Source of the DNA: Geosiphon pyriformis uo1
Taxonomy: Eukaryota > Fungi > Glomeromycota
Assembly: GCA_016748015.1 (NCBI GenBank)
Contig: JAAOMT010000762.1
Coordinates: 558,001-622,000, forward strand
Length of the DNA stretch: 64,000 nucleotides
Direction of reading: 5' to 3'
A program made the translations under genes and the position numbers. Every line of letters starts with the position of its first letter. Within the stretch, counting starts at the first letter, position 1. The notes under the pieces are model-generated. The model did no database searches and had not been told where the DNA came from. It worked only from the letters and a program-made list of their open reading frames with translations. Of this stretch, positions 61,671-64,000 are shown piece by piece.

Positions 61671-64000
61671 AAAGTGATGCTTATTTTTTTGGTTTTTTGT
61701 ATAAATTCAAGATTTTAATGAATTTATTATTACAGTGATTGAATTAATAAGACTTTAGATAAATGGAACAAGTTTTTTGGCAGTAATAATGTGTTTTTTT
61801 AGATAATTAAACTATTTCTAGCCAGCAGATTTTTAATGTCAATTTTTTTTTCTTCTAAGAAGAATTTTCTTTGTTTTACTATTAATAATTGTATCTCTGA
61901 TGATTTACTTTCAAAAAACTTTTGTACTTTTTTTATTTCTTTTTAAGATATCAAGCTGATTGGTTTTTAATCTTTGTAATAGATTAGACAAGACATGTAT
62001 TTATTACTGAGAAAATACAATAGTTTATTGTATTAACACTTAATACAAAAACCATGTTATCAATAATTGTATTTGGCTTTCTTGTTAGGCTTTTTATTAA
62101 AGATTTTTTTAAGAATATTATAGTAGAGCCAGCAAATTAGCTTGTTATTTACAATAATCTTTTTTTTGTTAGCTTTAATATTGTTTAATGGCTTTCTATT
62201 GTTGATAAAAATAGTGTACATAAGTTTAGCAGATTTTTTTGGTTTTTTTTGTTTTTTATTACTCTTTTTATTATTTGATTTATATGATTGTTTTTTTTTT
62301 AGTTTTGTTTGAGTACTAAAAAAGTTGTTTAATAACAATACTTAACCACAATAGATTTTTTATTACATTTGATAGTTAATTTACACAGCTTATAATCAAG
62401 TAAGATTTTGGTTTTCTTAAGCCATTTATTGTCAATAATTATAGTATACTCTTTAACTTTAAATACTTTCATGTCAGTTTTAATGCTAATACCATTAATG
62501 TAAACAAAAACAGCTTTGGATATGTTCAGATCTTTTTTTTGTCATTATATATATTGGTTATTAGTCAAGTAAAAAGTTTATTAATTTTTCTGTCAATTGC
62601 TTCAAAAGAGTGTTTGGCAATAATACTAACAGATAATCTACTGTTTAGAATTAAATTAATAAAATAACCAGCTACTTGGGCTTTGCAAATTAAAAAAATA
62701 ACATTATTATTGTTAACAAATTTAGCTTGACAAAAACACTTATTGGTTTTTGGTGTTTTTTTCTTTAAGATTAATAATTTGTGAAGATTTTTTCTAAATT
62801 ATAGATAAATCATTAACTGGCCAAAAATAATGTGAACTGGAGTTTCTATAAGATTTTTGATAACAAAATAGAATTCAAATTTTTGTACAATTTCTGGGAA
62901 TTTCAACTTTGAAAAATTCTTAAAAACTTTGGTTTTTGATAGTTTATTGTTATTAACAATAAAAGTTGAGACTTTATTGAAATTTAAAATGAAATCAATC
63001 TTGGTTTTCTTTTTTTTTCTTGTAAATTCAGAGGGGTTAATGGCTAATTTATTTATGTTATGCTTATTATTAATTAGATTAAAAGCATAAAAGAAGTTTT
63101 TTTCTGATTGGCTTGTATTTTTACTTTTTGAAGATATACTTATCAGTTTAAAGACTAATAAACAATAGCTTCAACTAAGAGATTTTTTTTAAAAAAATTG
63201 ATATTGGCTTAATTAGATCTTTAATTAGGAGTATTATTATTATTAAATCTGTTGTTTTGATTATTATTGTTTTTAGAAATTAAAGAAGACAATAAAAGAT
63301 TGTTATAGTCTTTTGAAAAATGTCCAGTTAGTCCATAACAATAGTATACAAGTAGATTACAATTTTGCTGTCTTTGATATAATGATTGCTAAAACTAATT
63401 AAAGTGTAATTCAAATTTGGATCTTTGTTGTTGTTGGTTATCTCTAACTGCTTGTGTCAAAAACTCTAATAATTAGACAAAATTAGCTATAAGTCTATTT
63501 ATTAATTGTTTTTTATTTTTTATGCAAGCTCAATAATCATATCTATTATAGAATTATTTTTTAGAACCAAAAGAGGCCAAAGAACATAAAATAATTCAGT
63601 TCTTAATTCTTTTATAAAAGAGTCAATCTTTTGTTTTTTAATTTAGTTTCTTTTAAATTTGTTTTTAAATTAAATAGTAAAGGAAGTGTTTTTTTTTCTA
63701 GTATTTGTTAATATTCATTTAATAATTTTTTAGTAAGCACCAATATTAGTTTCTTGTAAGAATTATGTGGCAAAAAAATCTTAAAGATAGCCACCAACAA
63801 TTTGGAATTTGTAATCAACATTATATTGGTTGGCTGTAACTGCTTTTTCAAAGTTATCTAACTATTTAATTGGATTTTGAACATTATTTCTAAATAATAA
63901 TAATAGAGTATTGTTTTTTCACTCTAAAGCAATTTGTATATCTTAAAAAGCAGCTAAAATGTTTGCTTGTATAAAGTCAACAGCCATTGGTTCAAAGGTA
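61671..64000 (-). mobile_element. Third family-A copy (gag, protease, Cys-rich domain, RT start) joined to element D gag without an LTR; runs off the window
   Basis: Reverse complement is colinear with ~20810-23430. It duplicates 42950-43887, so it is a distinct copy from A'. Confidence 0.85.

Noticed and set aside
61671-64000. Direct continuation of element A' beyond the D insertion
   Set aside because: It repeats ~0.9 kb already present at 42950-43887 and lacks the D 5' LTR/TCAC junction, so it is a separate copy.

Overview
Eukaryotic fungal DNA. The short GT-AG introns and the character of the transposon proteins suggest an early-diverging, Glomeromycotina/Geosiphon-like genome; this is inference. 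A ~6-kb CpG-retaining gene island (2.3-8.3 kb) holds two convergent intron-containing genes, PNO1/DIM2 and a USP8/DOA4-type deubiquitinase. The rest is a graveyard of nested, C>T/G>A-eroded transposons: RNase H-bearing LINEs, at least five Ty3/Gypsy families (my labels A-E) and one pogo/Tigger-type DNA transposon carrying a 57-bp minisatellite. Several nesting events can be reconstructed to the base from 4-bp TSDs. The main observation is a shared, unusual retroelement architecture. The gag-PR-Cys-rich-(dUTPase)-RT-RNaseH frame stops, and the integrase is a separate ORF after a non-coding spacer of variable length and phase (five copies, three families). A conserved third ORF of unknown function follows, and in the best copy it reads through the PPT into the 3' LTR. 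Coordinates in heavily decayed regions are approximate and all counts were made by eye.
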